DNA of 64,000 nt from Epiperipatus broadwayi. Lineage: Eukaryota > Animalia > Onychophora. Below are positions 36,610 to 50,677 of the stretch, one piece after another; the first letter of the stretch is position 1; each line of letters begins with the position of its first letter. The stretch is from contig JAQFVV010000001.1 of the NCBI GenBank assembly GCA_028023455.1, positions 12,462,001 to 12,526,000 on the forward strand, written 5' to 3'. A program made the position numbers and the translations under genes. Below the pieces are notes generated by a model. The model searched no databases. It was not told where the DNA came from and was given only the letters and a program-made list of their open reading frames with translations.

Positions 36610-39500
36610 AGGCGGTCAGTGCTAAGAATCCCCTAATTGTGGACCCAGGCTGCCATTTGTTAGGTACTTACAACTGCAGATCATCTTCAAGTGAAGGAAA
36701 ATTGGAAGAAGAACTATCTCATATTAAATGAGACATTATTGGACTTTGTGAGGTTACAAGAAAAGGTGAAGAGTTGATTAAAAAAAATGGACATGCACTC
36801 TACTACAAAGGCACAAATATTGAAAATACAAGTGCAAAAGGATTCATTATAAATAAAAAATGGAAGAACAATATTGTGGAGATTGATAGTATGAAGGACA
36901 GGGTGGCAAGGTTAGTTATTCAACTTACTAGCAGATATTAAATGCAGATAATTCAGATTTATGCTCCAACAAGTTCTTATAATGATGAAGTAGTAGAAGA
37001 TTTTTATATGAATGTACAAAAGGATTTTGATCAGACGAAGCAGCATTTTAAAATTGTTATGAGAGACTTTAATGCTAGAATTGGTAACAAATGAAAGTGC
37101 TGCAGGTAAATTTGGTTATGGTAATAGAAATGAGAGAGAATATAGACATGGAATTTGCAAAAAAGAAAAACTATATTATGAACTTTTTTTTTTTTGAGAA
37201 AAATGTTAAAAGGAAATGGACATGGAAGCATCCAAATGAAGATACAGCAGAATTGGATTATATTTTGACTAACAGAAAATACATATTTCAAGATTATAAT
37301 GTCCTTAATAAATTCAACACAGGAATGTAAGATACACATTGATGCAAAACTACAGAGACAAAAATTATTAAGAAAAACAATATTCACAGTTGATATTCCT
37401 AATCTTTAGAAACATTCTAATGAATTTAAATTAGAACTTGCAAATTGTTTTCAAATATTAGATTTTGAACATGATTCAGATTTGAATGAAATTAATAGGA
37501 AAATAGCTGATACACTTCTAAAAACTGCAATAAAAATAGTTGATAGAAAAAAGCAGCAGTGGACCAAGAAAATTTCTATTGAGACTAGAGAATATATGAA
37601 GAAAAGAAGAAATATGAAGATATATAAAAATAATGCATTAAGAAGGATTGACTATCTCGACTTTTGTAAAATGGTGTGAAAAAAAGTTGATGATATAAGA
37701 AAGTATAAATGTGAACTAAAAATGTAGAAGAGGATAAAAGTCTCAAGAGCATAAAATAACATTTTGGTGTTGTTAGGAAATATCTGTCATAAGAAAAAAG
37801 GGGAATTATTAATAAAAAGAGAGATGATATCATGAAATGGATAGAAGAGTTCTATCAAGAATTATATAGTAATAAAGAACAAGTATCTCCTACATGTATT
37901 ATATTTTCTGAATTGATCAGGATTTTAAATGAAGAAGTGAGACGCTATTAAATTTATGAAAAAGGGAAAAGCTTCAGGTAATGAAGGAATTATAATTGAT
38001 ATATTAAAAGAAGAAGGTGAAGAAATAGTTTTTTTGGCAAAGTTATATACCAAATGTCTAAATAATAAAGATGTACCAGTCAATTGGAAGAATGTAATAT
38101 TAATATTTTAAAAGGTGATAAAGATGTTAGAAATTACAGACCTATCAGTCTTTTATCAGTTTTATACAAAATTTTTACCAAAATAATTACAACTCATCTA
38201 CAGAGAACTTTGGATTTCAATCAATCAGAAGAACAATCTGGATTTAAAAGTGATTTTAGTACAGTAGATCATATCCAAGTATTGAGAGATTATAGAAAGG
38301 ACCAATGAATATGAGTTGCCATTATGCTTTGGGTTTGTAGATTATGAAAAGGCATTTGAATCTATAAGCATTTCTTCAGTGATTAAAGCATTGGATCATC
38401 AAGATATAGACCCAGGGTATTGTCATATTCTGAAGAATATTTATAAAAATGCAACAGCAACAATTAGATTACTAGTCTTGTGTTGTTAGCCGAGAGGTAT
38501 CGCAGCTGCCATGCAAGCAAGTAGTTGGTTGCAGACGGGTGTGGGTTCGCGTCCCGGCAGATGCTATGACATATGAAAAAAAACAATTAGATTTCATAAT
38601 GATATTAGGAAGATTAACATTGATAAGAGTGTAGGACAGGGTAATTCCATATCTCCAAAACTTTACAACAATGCTGCAAGAAGGATTTTGTGGATTAAAA
38701 TGGAAAGCTAAAAGAATAAAAGTAAATTGAGATTATTTAAGTCTTTACATTTTGCAAATGATGTAGTTATTTTTGCAAATAATGCTTTAGAGCTTCCGGA
38801 AATGTTGCAAGAGTTATCAGATGAAAGTAGGACTAAGGATGAACATTAAAAACACTAAAGTAATGTTCAATGGATTTTGTCAAAATATGAAAATAAAGAT
38901 TGATTATGATGAGTTAGAAGTTAAGAACTGCAAGTACCTTGGTCAGATTATTACTATAGATGGAAACATAATGGATCAAATTAATCACAAAATTAAACTT
39001 GATTGGAGTGCTTTTGATAGAAATAATATTAAAAGGAAATATGCCTACATGTTTGAAAAGGAAGGTTTTTAATAAATGTAAATTTTACAAGTTCTTACTT
39101 ATGGATCTGAGACTTGGACACTTAATAGAAAAGCAATACAGAGACTTTAGATCACTCAAACAAGTATGGAAAGATACATATTAGGAGTAACAAGAAGAGA
39201 ATGAAAATGCAATACATTGGTAAGGAAACAAACAAGTGTTGCTGACATTGAAAAAATTAAAATATTAAGTGTAATTGGGCTGGATATATTTCTAGAAGAG
39301 ATGATAATAGATTGACAAATGAAATTTAAACTGGATTTCAAGATATTGTAAAGATCCAGAAAGAGACTACATGTGAGATGGATGGATGAAATAAGAAAGT
39401 GTGCAGAGATCATGTGGAGAAGAGAGGCTAGAGACCAGAGAAGATGGATTGAACTTGGAGAGACCTTCATTCTGCAGTAGATTGATATTGGTTGATAATG
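36610..39500 (+). mobile_element. Near full-length, heavily decayed RTE-clade LINE
   Basis: Fragments read GTYNCRSSSSEGKLEEEL (APE start), QIYAPTSSYNDEVVEDFY, ELDYILTNRKYIFQD, RNYRPISLLSVLYKIFTKI and a C-terminal RWMDEIRKC. Many stops and frameshifts. Colinear with the minus-strand copy at 55763-58370. Interrupted by a SINE. Confidence 0.95.
38471..38581 (+). mobile_element. tRNA-Gly-derived SINE (subfamily A), nested in the RTE RT region
   Basis: GTCTTG leader, A box TAGCCGAGAGG, B box GGTTCGCGTCC, GATGCTATGACATATG plus poly(A). 12-bp TSD AACAATTAGATT at 38459-38470 and 38582-38593; the other RTE copy has a single uninterrupted site. Confidence 0.9.
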
Positions 39501-40620
39501 CAGTTTTATTATAATTAGTTTAATTATCTGGTCAACGATGAAGGTTATTGTTTTGATTAAATTTCTATACTTGTATCATAATCAGAAGTTTATTTTAAAA
39601 TAAATTAAAACAAATGTCATATTTTTTTCCTATATCTTATTTGAGATTTCTAAGACATTTTACAGTATCCAAGCTGCCAAAAAATATAGTTCAGGATTAT
39701 ATATATATATATATTAATAGTGATCCTCTATCATTGTTTAACGTGTGCATCTTTCCTAAACATAAGGCTGGCTATTGAGCTAAAGTTTTTTGATAGATTT
39801 TCTGCTGAGAAAGTGGGGATAGAAAGAAATCTTTCTGGTTAACTGAATGGGATCGTTATATTTTATCACAATGGCAATTGTTTGCTTTTATGACCATATG
39901 GCTAATAAATACTCTATTTCAACACCCAAAAATTTATAAATATAAAGCAGACTATCAATTCCAAAATCATATGGAAAAAGTATTTATTCTTTTAAGTTTA
40001 TGCCGTGTCTGAAGGAGAGAAATCTTTTAATATGGACAACGATTACATTAAATGCATTTCTTAAAATAACATATGTCTTGTCTGGTTTGGTATAGTAGTA
40101 GAGTGGCAGGCTTTGGACTCAAGTTCCGTGAATAGTGATTCAGCGCCGACATTTTCGATATTCGAACTTATTATGAAGTCCTGGTAAGAAACCTTTCTAT
40201 TATTATTTGACAATCGCATGAAAACATCTAATTAGAGTTCTCTGTTTTTAGCTTAAAAAAAAAAAAGTCCATCTTTTCAAAAATGTGACAAAAACGAAAA
40301 TATTTTAATCTTAACTTTGTCCAATTAGAAAGAAAAAAAATCACAATAAAAATTTTCTATTTCAGTTGATTTTTATAACAAGACTTTAATATACGCGTTT
40401 TTTTTTTTTATAATTTGACAATTTTGCTTTTATGATTATAGTTAAAATTAGTTTTTCAATATGACATTTAGAATAATTTGTATTCTAATAGAAATTTTGC
40501 AAATCAAAGATTTTTTTGCTCTCTGCATCTTCAAATGCTACAGTGACTATGTTTATTTTAATATGTGAAATAAAAATTAAATATTCAAAAATAAAGCGAT
40601 CAAATAGTGAAATCACTTAC

Positions 40621-40741
40621 TTTAACGAAGTCTTGCATGTTATCCTGAAGCTGATGATCAGCTTCTTTCAGTTGGGCGCAGATTGTATTAAATCGATTAT
40701 CTAAATTAGCTACTTCACTCTTTAGACTTTCAACAGATAAT
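40621..40741 (-). CDS. FHDC1: Formin FH2 exon (LSVESLKSEVANLDNRFNTICAQLKEADHQLQDNMQDFVK)
   Basis: Polypyrimidine-AG acceptor and GTAAGT donor, 121 nt, phase 2 to 0. Joins in frame to both flanking exons. Confidence 0.9.
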
Positions 40742-42381
40742 CTAGAAAGAAAAAAAAGTAATGGAATAAAATATATTGTATATTAAATGTGATCTATCTA
40801 CCTGATATACACACGTGTGTGTTTATATATATTAAAACAACATCTGGAGTCGTTAGCATGATTTTTTTCAATGTCTGCAACCATACATTTGAAATGTAAG
40901 AAAAAACAGTTAATTACATAATAATAATGGTAAATTCCTAATATTCACTTTATATGTTTTTATCATTGCAGTTGTTATTACTATGTGACTATTCATATAG
41001 TAGTACATGAACATGGCTGGGTTGCTCATCAACATGCGTTAGCCAGCATGGTGAGTTTATCAATTTTTTACTTCTGAGTTTAAGAGGAAGAAGCATCATA
41101 GTCTTTCTTCTCAGTTGCCTGATAGATCTTAACTGAAATATTGAAGGCAGAATGAATCTATGTGTCAATGATTTTTTTTTCTTCTACTAGATATTTACAA
41201 TCATGATCCTTATTTCCAAAAGATTAAAGTTGTCAGTCAAAGCAGTGTTTGGAAGCTGAATGTAGAGGGTGATAAGGATCTCCTGATTGCCTACCTAGGC
41301 ATGTATTTCAAAATTGGAATGTTTTTAATAAATTCAACACAGGAAGTGATCATTGATTACAATATATTTATCCACGTTTTTTTTTTTTAAATAATATACT
41401 TAGTAAAATGTTTTTTTCAATTTAAATTTTGTTTTTTTTTTTTAAATCAAATTTTCGAAATCATTATAATTATTTAGTTTTTATGCAAAATTTTTGATTT
41501 ATGATGCTTTTTGAGGAATTAATTGTCCTTGCTAAGCAGGGTATAGGTACATATTTAAAAAATCAGAAAAGTAAACAAAGAAAAGAGAAAATATTTTTAC
41601 ATGAATACTGAAATGATATGAATGTGTGAAAATTATATTTATGCATACAATAATTATAAAATATCTTCATAGTGTTTGTGGCTCTAATTAAAATTATAGC
41701 AATGTTAATAAAGTCAGTGGTTGAAATCTCTGAATAAATCACAAAGGACAAGCCTGCATTAACTCATAAATTTCTTAATTCCATACTTACAGGCATTTCT
41801 ATAATTAATCTCTACCAATAGAGTATTCCTTTTACAAACATGTAATGCATTATTGTCTTTTTATGTCAATAATATTAAAAAATACATCTTGGATATGCAT
41901 CTACTTTATATTTTTACAATATTAAAATTGAATCAGTTTAGAATGTTTCCAAAAAAAAGATAAGATATGGATAAATAGATCAAGATTTACATGAAATAAA
42001 TGTTAGATATTCATAGATAACAGAGTGAAAACACTTTTTTAAAAAAATAATAACTATGCTATAAAAATGGATTGAGTGAATTTAAACACCCAAATATATG
42101 TGAATCATTTTTCTGTTTGTTTGTTTTTTAAAAATAAATATAAACAAAACTAAAATTGTGCAAACCAAATAAATGAAATGTTAACCGCTAATGTGAATCT
42201 GTTACAACTTACTATTTAATTATAAAATTAATGTAAAGAATGTTTTTTTAAGAGCTTGAGTTAAATATAAATGTAAAAATAATTAATGAGTTTAATATAT
42301 ATATATCTAAAACAAAACTTCCAGTGTTTTTCGAATCCTTTCATTTACTTTTATTTTAAGTAATCTTTGATTTTAAATATA

Positions 42382-43358
42382 CACCTGGGTCTTGTTTTAT
42401 GCTGATTATTTTAATGCGATTTTGAAGTTATGTGATTCATGTTTCTTCTTAATATCTTTCATATTTCACTATATTTATTAGATATCAAGAAATTTAAATT
42501 ATTAATAATTTATTTTGACTTGAAATACTTTTTTTCTTTCAAAAATATAATGTTATATTAGCAGCTAACTGTGAATATGGCTTAAAGCTGTATTTAGAAA
42601 CTTAGCTTCTATGTAAATAACCTACTTATACTAATGAGTAAATAATAATAATAGATTTATACTTACATATAAAAATAACACAATAAATATTCAAAAAAAA
42701 TTAAACTTTTAAAACAAATTTTGTTATATATAACAGAAATAAATAATCTTTTAGATTTTTAATATAAAAAAATGAAAATTTTATAAACTGAAAATAATCT
42801 TTCTAATGATAATGTATAATCTTTTTGTTTTGATTTCGATCTCATTTTTTAAATATAGAAACAAAAAACCATTAACACAGCACAAGGCTGAAAGTGGCAC
42901 TAGTTGTACATCACATCACAAATAAAAGTAAAGTGGCTAAACAGTTTTTCTGGGCATAATTGCTGAGAGATTCTTGACTTTGTTTAAGGAGAAGCCAATA
43001 TATCACATGATATTGAGTCTGATTTCTTACCAATTTACAAACGCTAGCATTAATGATTAGAATATGTATGAAAAATGTAAAATTAAATACTGTAGTTAAT
43101 GAAAAAAGTAAAAAAAGTTTGTCTTGTATTAATTTTTTTCAAATATTTGAAATTTTTTATTAGTCATATTTTATTTGTTTATTTTTTTAATGTGAATTTT
43201 AAAGTAATTTTTTCTTGTTGCTTTGCTTTTATGCGAATTCTGAAAATTACAGAACCTATCCCCCATTTTTCAAGGTAAGTTAAGTCTATCTTTGTGCAAT
43301 TTTTTTTAATGTGGGTTTTCTGTGGAACCTATCTACCACATAAAATGAGACCCAGGTG
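42382..43358. mobile_element. Tc1/mariner-pogo type MITE, about 977 bp, carrying a small LINE 3' insertion
   Basis: TIRs CACCTGGGTCT(TG/CA)TTTTATG flanked by TA dinucleotides (42380-42381 and 43359-43360). Confidence 0.65.
42909..43012 (+). mobile_element. 3'-UTR fragment of the (CACAT)n-tailed LINE
   Basis: AAAGTGGCTAAACAGTTTTTCTGGGCATAATTGCTGAGAGATTCTTGA...TTTAAGGAGAAG matches 62800-62840 and 63345-63410. Preceded by a CATCACATCAC tail. Confidence 0.7.
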
Positions 43359-46300
43359 TATATATATAAATCAATCACCCAAGTTTACATTAAAATCTAA
43401 TTAAAAATGAATCTCATGCTTGAAGGCTCGGTTCAGGCATGGTGAAAGTAAAAGAATTTGATGTTATCATTGAGAAAGGTTATTGATTAGATCTTTGACC
43501 TGGGTATATAGGTAAATAGGGCAGAATCCATGATGTACCTGACATATCTTGTACATGGTCAGATTTGAGGTACTTTACTTGTATTCTGGGTCTTGTTGGA
43601 TTGGTAATGTTTTTCGACCGGTACAGTGTATGTGATATATTTAAGGATTAGGTTAAATGAAGATCGATGAATTAATAAATCCAAGAATTAACAGATAATT
43701 TTCATTATTGCCACAAGAATGGCAAACAAAACTGAATTATATTATAAGCAGCATAATGATGGATTTGTCAGCAATGATTTGGAGCTGACTTAACTCATGA
43801 AATTTTGCACATTATGTAAATCACAAAGATGGAGATAAATGAATTACAATTAATCTTATTAATAATAATTCAAATTAAGTAAAAGATGGTGCTGTTCCTG
43901 TAAGTATGACTTCCAATATCATCTCATACTTATTAAAAATGCATTCAATGTGCATGTATAATTATGAATCCATGCATGGGAAGGATAACAAATACATCAC
44001 TCTGTGTTAAATAACAAACAGACAATGTAACAGAATTCTTGTTAAAGATATAAAAGGCCTTCCTTCTGAAATAACTTTATTCGTGTCCATACACAGTCTC
44101 AGGCTAGGAAATCCATAAATTTTCTCAGATAATGGTTTAACAAGAAACAAGCTTTCTTATATAAAGATTTAGAATTTGTATATAGGTAAAATTGCTAAAG
44201 CATAAATTCTTAATAGAAACCCTAAAATGAGAATTAAAGTATTATAAAATATTATAGCCATTTATGAATGCTCTTAAATTGAAATATGAATTAATACACA
44301 TAAACTTCATATACAAATGTGAACATTATATGTTAAAACTTATGTTCAGACACCAAACTTTGTCTAGCATACAAATGTGCAAAATCTATCCACATAAAAT
44401 TGTAATAGGCAGGTATTCTATTCATATTATTTAACAAATGAGAGTCTACAGATCCCAATCATAAGCTGTTTTGGATTCAATTAAATGCACAAGTGACAGC
44501 AAGAAGTATCTAACAACCAGCCATATTTATTGTAGCCAAAATATTAAATGATTAAAACCTCATAACAAAATGAAGAAGGAAATTAAGAATTTATTTTCAA
44601 TCCAAATAGTGAGTTACTAGAAACAATAATGGTGGAATTTATAAATGTGGTAGAAATAATAGATTAATTGAAATTTGTGCCAAAAGCAACCTCATTCAAT
44701 ATTCTGATAATGGAAGGAGAAACTTTACTGAAATTTTGTTTCTGTTAAACCTTTGTTTGTTTAAAATTATATTTTGCTGATTAATGCATTTTCTCTTTTA
44801 TTGTTTTAGAATTTTTGTCGGTTAATTTTGGGGTCAGAGTTATTTAAGATAATGTTTAGCTAAGGGATCTATGTATTCATGTTGTATGAGGAAGGAAAAG
44901 ATGTTGGAGATAAATGGATTTAATTAAGTGAAGTTCTGAGGAGAATAATGAAATAATTCATCTTGAAGATGAGGTAAATATCTTTCCTGATGCACACTTG
45001 CATTATTTATATGTTTATAATAATAAAATCTCGATAGTGCATTATATATATATATTCTTAATGTTTGAGGTAATTTTATATATATATATATTTATAGTCA
45101 TCAACTACTTATAGTATAATCAACACCTTTACACTAAGCATTAATAGCAATATAGGTTACTAAACTTTGATTATAATCTAATAGCACTTGACAGTCAATA
45201 TCATCATTAATTACACCTTCATTTTAGAATATACCAGAGAAACATAATTATGATCAGTTTACCAATTATAATAACTATTACCTCATACCATCTCTCAGAG
45301 AAAAAATTTAAGTGGAAATCAACCCAATTGATTATAGAGAAAAGAGAATGAATGACAAGAATTTTGACTTATATCTTTATATTGTAATGATACTGAAAAT
45401 ATGGAGCATAAAGATCACACTCTGAAAAAACAACAACCATGAATATTGGTACTTAAAGGAATTGAAATATGCAGTGAAATAACATTATTTAAAATTAAGA
45501 ATGATAAATAAATTCAAAACTTTTGAAGCAAATAATTATTATATAATAATCTAAAAAAATTAATATCTTTTGGAAAAATAGTTGTTGGTTCATTGGAACT
45601 TTATTTATATTATACAGTTTCTATATGATGGTATGAGAGGTAGTTTTATTAATGATGATGAAAAATCTGAGGCATTTAAAATGAAAATTAGTGTTAAGCA
45701 GAAATTTTACTAAATTCAACTTTGAACTAAGGCAATTTCATAAAACAGATATCGGGTAATATAGGTTTGTTAGTAGAGTTTTTTGAACCACATAAAAGTA
45801 AAAACTAGAATGTCATCTTTCTGACTTCGAATTTATGGCAAGTTAATAATTATCCTATTTTTGATAAAGAGAATTTATAAAATTTTCTTAGTGTTTTCAA
45901 TGCATTTGTTCAAAACTTTAATTTAGTAATTAATGTTTAAAAAATTCAGCCATTTTGAAAGGAAAATTTTTAGCAATTATTAGGTTGGATGGTTATCTAG
46001 TAGAGATAGAGAATGTGGATCAATTTAAACATTTTAACAGCTTTTTTTTATGAAAATGGATTTACATTTTTAGATACAACATACATCCTAGAATGCTATT
46101 ATCACATTTAAAAAATTAAAAAGTAGGGTATTTTATTATAATATTATACAAAGAGCTAGTGATGGAATAGTTAAACAGTTAAATGCTAATGCACTGATTA
46201 ATAGGGGTAGAGTCATAGTGGTGCAATACATTATGATAATGCATATTTATTTTAAGCATTTTGAATTTATTTGAAATATATTTCATCTGTGGGCATGCAA

Positions 46301-47746
46301 GATTTACCAATTCATAGTGTTTGGAATTCAAATATCTATTATCTGCTAATGAAAGAAGAAATGGGAACCAAATTTTAGCTTGCATAGGCACAAAGAGATC
46401 CCACTATAGCTATGATGATGTAGCTACACTACTTAAATTTATTGTGTATAGATTTATTTTTGTATAATTTATTAAGGAATAAAATATGAATTTTTTATAA
46501 ATGGAACCTAAAGCCCCAAGAAAAATTTCATTTAATGATTACCCAATAAATTTCTAAAAATATAATAGCAAGATCTTAAGATCAATCTATATATTTTTTA
46601 CTTTGCTGAATGTGATGCAAATGAAAATTATTATTATAAAAGCACATTTATTGCATTGGACATGTGAAATGAATGAAAACAATTTCTATTCTTAAAAATG
46701 TAGTAAATTTTAGCATGGTTTCAACAGGAAAGTAGATCAATTTAGGGTGTAGAAGCTGATGTCAATCACACCAAAGAAGTGCAATATTAATTGTTTTCAT
46801 TGGGATGATATGGCTGAATATAGAATACCATGGATAATTGCTAAAGGTTTTTAAAAAAAGAAAAGTTATTGCAAGTGAAATTAAAACATAAGTTCAAAAG
46901 ATATTAAATAGACTACACACATAGTATATAAAGTTTGTGTATATATTTGTGTATCATGGATTGGTTTATATAATCATTGCAAAACTCTCTATAAACTTTT
47001 TTTTTTCTGGAGCTGGAATTGACCATATTTATTTTTGAGTAGTTTTTAGAGTTGATACCATATATGCAAGAAAAAGAAAATGGATAGCATGTGTATATTT
47101 AAAAATAAAACAGTCACTGAATTTATAGTAAACATAACAAATACCAATAATATAAACAAACTCCTCTATTTATATTAAAAATACTAAATAATAAATTAAA
47201 ATTTTTAAAAGTAATGAGTACATTGTAATATGATAATAAAATACCTTTTTTTTTTTTCAAACAAAGAAAATAATCTTTAAAAGAATGAAATTATCATGTT
47301 TAAAACATTAAATACTAATATGAAAAGAATGGAAAATAATGGTCTCTGTACTTTAGAAAAGTGACATTTCTCTCATTAATGATGAAGATTGCAGCATATT
47401 ACAATCATATCTTTGTTTTTATATTCAGTACATCGACATTCATCTGACAGACCCAAGATTAATATCTTGGATTTTACACTAAAAATAATAATTTGTCATT
47501 TATCAAACAATAATTGGGTGGCTAGTTAGTTTGATTATGGGTGAATACCTTAAAAAATTTCTAGTTTTGCTTAGAAATTCTCAGTCTCCTTAAAAAAACA
47601 AAAACAAATTCCACTTAATTTCAAACTCATGTCAAGACCATAGCATGTATATTGTACCAAGAATCTCAATTATTATATATAAATATTAAAGATATGTTAA
47701 TTTCTTGACATTTGTATAAAAAACAAAAAGGAAATTAATTGATTAA

Positions 47747-47846
47747 GTCTTGCATTGGTGGTCCGAGAGGTCAGTGTGACTGCCTTACAAGCAATTGCCT
47801 GGGTTGCAGGTTCGCGTCCTGGCCGATGCTATGACACTTGGAAAAA
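47747..47846 (+). mobile_element. tRNA-Gly-derived SINE (subfamily B, short variable region)
   Basis: GTCTT leader, then GCATTGG...CCGATGC 7-bp acceptor stem, CTGCCTTACAAGCAATTG (cf. tRNA-Gly-TCC CTGCCTTCCAAGCAGTTG), B box GGTTCGCGTCC, TATGACACTTG trailer and poly(A). Perfect 15-bp TSD AAATTAATTGATTAA at 47732-47746 and 47847-47861. Confidence 0.9.
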
Positions 47847-48673
47847 AAATTAATTGATTAATAGCATTTTAATTTGAAATATATTGCCATAAATGAAATA
47901 TATTTTTGGTCTCATATTCAGAGTTTGCTATATTGAGTTCATTATAATCACAATTAATTAACTATATATAAATTATACTTTTTTTTTATAATAATAAAAA
48001 TACTTAATTGTAAATTATTAGAGAAAAAAATATATAGTTAAAAATAAATTTGGTTGAATTTTTTGGGCCTGCCCCTCACCCTCATTTTTTTTGTGAAAGT
48101 TTTTTATATATATTTAAAAAAATATTTAAAATTGATTTTTTTTAACCTATTTTTTTTTGGATTTTGAAAAATGTTTTTTTTTTTTGTTGGTTGGGTGGTG
48201 TTTTGTTAATGTATTCTTTTTTTTTTCTGGTTTTGTTTAAAAAAAAAAAGAGGGGGGGGGGAGGGAATTGTTTTTTTTTTTAGTATAGTGCTAATAGAAT
48301 CTGTCTGATATGCCATAGTCTGTATTTTTAATTCTGGCCAGGTAAGTGTGAAATTTTTTCAGTTTTCCAATCAAGTTTAAGAATTTTTCCAGATATCTAT
48401 TCTATAGCCAACCTATTTAGTCATTCAATCTTGGTTGGTAAATAGGTCTCTAGATATCTTTATAGTGTAAAAAAGGCTAGAAAACATTCAAACCCTCATA
48501 ATCAGTAATGCCTTTTCTATTTGTTCTAAAATGGGCTATTTAAAAGCTGATTGATTTTAAAATATATTTTAAAAAAACTGCACAAAATATCATTATATAT
48601 ATTTTATATATAATTGTAAATTAGATATTTAATTGAAATATTTAAAATTAAAATCATAAAAGTAAGTTCTAAC

Positions 48674-48744
48674 CTGGCAGCTTCTTCTAAATATTTCATT
48701 GTTTCAGCAAACATTAAAAGCTTGGGATTTTTTTTCTGAGCTTG
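48674..48744 (-). CDS. FHDC1: Formin FH2 exon (QAQKKNPKLLMFAETMKYLEEAAR)
   Basis: AG/GT boundaries, 71 nt, phase 0 to 2. Resembles FHDC1 EAQKK..LL.F......AR-LS as remembered. The next upstream exon was not found in the window. Confidence 0.82.
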
Positions 48745-49849
48745 CTATTATATATATGAAAACAGTAAGTACAGCAATAGAATAAAATAAGAAACAATAT
48801 TGCAATAATGATGTTAATCAAATAGCAGATTCAATATATATGCATATAAATAAAGCAGCCATAATTATATATATAGAATGGGAAAGTGAAGACAATAAGC
48901 TGAAAAGATTATAAGATTTTTTTGAAAGTTAATATTATTAGTAACAGTAGCAAATCTGAGTTACCTGATTAAGAAGTTATTTACAAGAATAATAAACATA
49001 GGTATAAGGTTGGCCAATAACCAGCTCTTTATTACTATAAGATAAAATAAGGAGAGTAACAAAGTTAAAGATAACAAATGTGTATTTAATAAAAAAGTAT
49101 AAACAACAAAAATAGATAATCATAACTTAACACTACAAAAATAAAAAAATATCTGATCTACTTAAAACAAATTTCACACTATAAAAATTTACACCACAAT
49201 AATGAGTTCATAGATATGCTTAAAAAAAGAATAACAGAAATGTGAATAAAAATATGTATGACCAAATTATACACATATATACTGAGGTATAGTCATTATC
49301 AGTGATAATGACTGAGCTTTTATTATTAAATAAATATAAAATGAAAGCAGTAGAAATTTATATAAAGTTGGTTATATTATATTTTATATATGTAAGGATT
49401 TATAATATGATTATGAAGCCATAGAGCTTTGAAAGCGCTAAGCTTTAAATAAATTTAGTAATATATATAACTTCTTTAAGAGCGTTATAAACGCATAATT
49501 ATTGATATAATATAAACCTTAGAAATATAGTTTATTTTATTTGCAGATTAATTCATTTATAATTTAAAAACAACAACAGGATATTTTACTTATTGGAAAA
49601 CATGCTTCCCAGATTAATTTTTTTCAAACAATTTATGTTAATTAGCATGCTTGTAAAATGTTTATTATAATTGAAAAACTGGAGAAAATTATAAAAACAA
49701 AACATATTTTTTTATTCAAAACATTCTACTAGATTATAAATGACAATCAATTAAATGGAATACAGTTAAGTACTTTTGCCTGTCAGTAGAGAACAATTAC
49801 ATTTACACAACTGGTTAGAATTTGTAGAACTTACATCAGATCATAAGTT

Positions 49850-50519
49850 ATAGTTGAAATATATGCATTTTAATAAGTTATGAACTTAATTTACAGAGAG
49901 TAAATAAATAAATAGTTAAATAATAAATAGTCAGAATCGAATTGCTATAATATAAAATATTTGATTAAAATATATTGTGTTCCGTAATTATTATCTGACG
50001 GAAAAAATAATCAGATAATGGAGAAAATTTAATTAGTATGAATTAAAAATACTAATTAAATTTACAGAGGCAAGATTAAACTGATAATACACCCACCACT
50101 CAGATTTTCCCCAATGAGCATAATTATTCCAGAAAACAAAAGGATTGAACGTATATATATAAACTGTGAAAAAAAAGCAATACATGATCTTCACCATCTT
50201 CAAGGCAACTGTGTCACTATAGAGTAAAGCAGTAGAAAAAAACAGTGGTGGACATCTTATTCCCAGAATCTTATCTCCTGAAGGTCAATAAGCCAAATAG
50301 GATCAAAACAGATTACCCTGATATTATTATTTTAAACACCTTAAGGAGTGCCAGGCTTAAAGGACAGAAATGATGATGAGGTAACAGTAATGATGATAAG
50401 ATAAATGTACTGTCTTTAGTATTAATATTAGTGAATAGACTTAATAAATGAAAGGATTTATATTCCTAATTAACTGTGATGGGTTATATAAATTAGAATA
50501 GTGTTTGACTCATGTATTT

Positions 50520-50568
<49 letters not shown>

Positions 50569-50677
50569 CAGTGTATAAATTGAAATCTGAGTCACTTTTC
50601 TTTGTGTCCTCAAGAAAATATTCTATAGTAAATTTGTTATTTTTATTCTGGGGATTAGTGAGACAAGACAGCAAAAC
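49850..50677 (+). repeat. 5' LTR of the Gypsy element, contains an expanded (TA)n at about 50524-50566
   Basis: Colinear with 53850-54600, e.g. AAAATACTAATTAAATTTACAGAGGCAAGATTAAACT and CAGAAAACAAAAGGATTGAA are shared. Confidence 0.85.

Noticed and set aside
36611-36670. Possible HDV-like ribozyme at the RTE 5' end (GGCGGTC can pair with GGCTGCC)
   Set aside because: I could not build P2, P3/L3 and P1.1 in the required nested order, and the true 5' end of the copy is uncertain.
40085-40130. tRNA-like head GGTTTGGTATAGTAGTAGAGTGGCAGGCTTTGGAC, and a B-box-like GTTCAAATCCC on the minus strand near 6000-6010
   Set aside because: Each has only one Pol III box and no tail or TSD, which is insufficient to call a SINE or tRNA.
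47752-47830. Functional tRNA with a Gly body and Val (TAC) anticodon
   Set aside because: Poly(A), TSD, a G-G mismatch in the T-stem and an irregular D arm and variable region indicate a SINE copy.
48975-49040. Possible upstream FH2 exon (ILVNNFLI, donor CAG|GTAACT on the minus strand)
   Set aside because: Does not give the expected GNxLN-G / GFKLSSL / NLxHY sequence and lacks a good acceptor.
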